Part shown: positions 62,419 to 64,000 of the stretch, piece after piece
Numbering within the stretch: the first letter of the stretch is position 1
Layout of the letters: each line of letters starts with the position of its first letter
NCBI GenBank assembly: GCA_934157035.1
Contig: CAKPHG010000004.1
Span: 53,594 to 117,593, forward strand
Reading direction: 5' to 3'
Length of the DNA stretch: 64,000 bases
DNA from: an uncultured Clostridia bacterium
Lineage (GTDB): Bacteria; Bacillota; Clostridia; TANB77; CAG-508
Translations under genes and position numbers: made by a program
The notes under the pieces: model-generated
The model's input: the letters and a program-made list of their open reading frames with translations, nothing else
Told to the model about the DNA's origin: nothing
Database searches by the model: none

Positions 62419-62496
62419 TTGAACACAAAAAGTCTCTTTTTGAAAACACAGATAGAATATTTTCTATCTGTGTTTTTCATATTTAATATTCATTTT

Positions 62497-63810
62497 CTAT
62501 TTTTCATATCCAGGTTTTCCAAGTAGTTTAAACATATTTTTCTTATACTTTTCAACACCTGGTTGATTAAATGGGTTAACTCCTAAAATATTTCCACTCA
62601 TTGCACAAGCAAGTTCAAAGAAATAAATTAAGTGTCCTATTGCCTCTTCGTCTAATTTTTCTATATTTAATAAAATATTTGGTACATCTCCATCTACATG
62701 TGCATTTATTGTAGCTTCCATTGCTTTTTTGTTTACATAGTCTAGTGATTTTCCAGTTAAATAATTTATCTCATCTAAATTATCTTCATCTAAATTTACT
62801 TTTATATTTGATTCTTGTTTTTCTACATTTATTACTGTTTCAAATAAGTTTTTTCTTCCCTCTTGTATGTATTGTCCAAGTGAATGTAAATCTGTTGTAA
62901 ATTCTGCTCCTGATGGATATATTCCTTTTTTATCTTTTCCTTCACTTTCTCCAAATAATTGCTTCCACCATTCAATTATGTAATGCAACTTTGGTTCATA
63001 AGTTACTAATATTTCTATATTTTTTTCATTTTTATAAAGTATATTTCTTACAACTGCATATTTATAGCAATCATTATATTTTAAATTTGCATCATTGTAT
63101 TTTTCTCTTGCGAATCTTGCACCTTCCATTAACTTGTCTATATCTACTCCTGCTGTTGCTATTGGCAAAAGTCCTACTGCTGTTAATACAGAATATCTTC
63201 CTCCTATATTGTCTGGAATAACAAATGTTGTATATCCTTCTTTATCTGATAATTTTTTTAATGCTCCTTTTTCTTTGTCTGTTGTTACATATATTCTCTT
63301 TCTAGCTTCTTTTATTCCATATTTATTCTCCATAAATTCACGAAAGAATCTAAATGCTATTGCTGGCTCTGTAGTTGTACCAGATTTTGATATTACATTT
63401 ACAGATAAGTCTCTATTTCCTATTAATTCTACTAAATCGTTTAAATATGTTCCACTCATATTATTTCCGACATATAAAATTTGTGGAGTTTTTCTTTGTT
63501 CTTTTGCTAATAAGTTGTAAAATGTATGAGTTAAGCTCTCTATTACTGCTCTTGCACCTAAATATGATCCCCCTATACCTATTACTACTAATATTTCAGA
63601 GTCCTTTTGTATTTTTTTAGATGATTTCTTTATTTTCTCAAACTCTTTTTTATCATAGTTTACTGGTAAATTAATCCAACCTAAAAATTCATCTTCTTTA
63701 TCTGCTTTTTCGTGTAGTTCTTTATGAATTTCTTCTACTTTTTCTGCATATTTTAGTATTTGCTTATTGTCTATCTTTGTATTTTCTAATTCTAATTTTA
63801 TATTACTCAT
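62497..63810 (-). CDS. pgi: glucose-6-phosphate isomerase (short bacterial/archaeal type)
   Basis: 437 aa; [12 protein letters not shown] and further PGI-family motifs. Confidence 0.9.
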   Translation of the reverse strand: MSNIKLELENTKIDNKQILKYAEKVEEIHKELHEKADKEDEFLGWINLPVNYDKKEFEKIKKSSKKIQKDSEILVVIGIGGSYLGARAVIESLTHTFYNLLAKEQRKTPQILYVGNNMSGTYLNDLVELIGNRDLSVNVISKSGTTTEPAIAFRFFREFMENKYGIKEARKRIYVTTDKEKGALKKLSDKEGYTTFVIPDNIGGRYSVLTAVGLLPIATAGVDIDKLMEGARFAREKYNDANLKYNDCYKYAVVRNILYKNEKNIEILVTYEPKLHYIIEWWKQLFGESEGKDKKGIYPSGAEFTTDLHSLGQYIQEGRKNLFETVINVEKQESNIKVNLDEDNLDEINYLTGKSLDYVNKKAMEATINAHVDGDVPNILLNIEKLDEEAIGHLIYFFELACAMSGNILGVNPFNQPGVEKYKKNMFKLLGKPGYEK

Positions 63811-63933
63811 TTTACTCCTCCTTAGTATTCCATAAAATGATTTTATATCAATTAAATATTTTATGCAAGATATTTTTTTACTTTACTTGATTTTTATTTT
63901 CTTTTATTAGATAATATTTCTAGGTGATTTTAA

Positions 63934-64000
63934 TGACAAGTTTTATTTTAAAAATTATAGGTGTTATAACAATGTTGTTTGATCATGTTGGAGATGCTAT
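63934..64000 (+). CDS. TraX-family membrane protein, 5' fragment (continues beyond window)
   Basis: MTSFILKIIGVITMLFDHVGDA resembles TraX-family N-termini (…ML(I/F)DH(I/V)G…). Confidence 0.4.

Overview
Very AT-rich window (about 25 % GC overall) with Firmicutes/Clostridia-like signals (AGGAGG RBSs, TTGACA-17-TATAAT promoters, T-box leader, some TTG/GTG starts). Almost all genes are on the minus strand. Coordinates 1 to about 24.7 kb hold a housekeeping backbone: rseP(partial)-cdsA-uppS-frr-[inserted membrane ORF]-pyrH, a pilin-like ORF, queA, a secreted HExxH protein, type-2 ileS with a T-box leader, LemA/TPM pair, SH3b-CAP protein, two tandem ABC ATPase-FtsX fusions, GIY-YIG, DUF4097/LiaF-like pair, zupT, a truncated orphan response regulator, and a small phage-relic islet (DUF1064). 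Coordinates 24.8 to 44.4 kb are transporter/accessory-rich: rRNA m5C methyltransferase, three MFS genes, PHP phosphatase, GNAT, LD-carboxypeptidase, a standalone 5'(3')-deoxyribonucleotidase (dNT), a HAD hydrolase, a heterodimeric ABC exporter pair, a ComEC-like MBL hydrolase + DUF3006 pair, GH73-like and KH-domain proteins, and a P-type ATPase preceded by a candidate Mn2+ (yybP-ykoY-like) riboswitch. Coordinates 44.8 to 57.4 kb are bracketed by a divergent tRNA-Gly-like gene and a canonical tRNA-Gly(UCC). This stretch looks like a variable islet containing: a dNT-nucleoside hydrolase fusion split by an A7 frameshift; its intact paralog in a three-gene phosphohydrolase operon (HD domain, histidine phosphatase, dNT-NH fusion); a GC-anomalous 350-aa orphan gene beside a LigT-like 2H phosphoesterase; a shattered MFS pseudogene; a MATE pump; and a zinc-ribbon/PrsW-protease gene pair. 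Downstream (57.5 to 64 kb) are trxA/trxB, a polysaccharide deacetylase, tRNA-Leu(CAA), three more GC-anomalous orphan cassettes and pgi. A dispersed family of short GGGAC/GTCCC-cored inverted-repeat (MITE/REP-like) elements recurs at four or more loci, with element ends lying on or beside the stop codons of transporter genes. No CRISPR array, transposase, integrase or rRNA was found. Functional calls are from remembered family motifs only; no searches were run.
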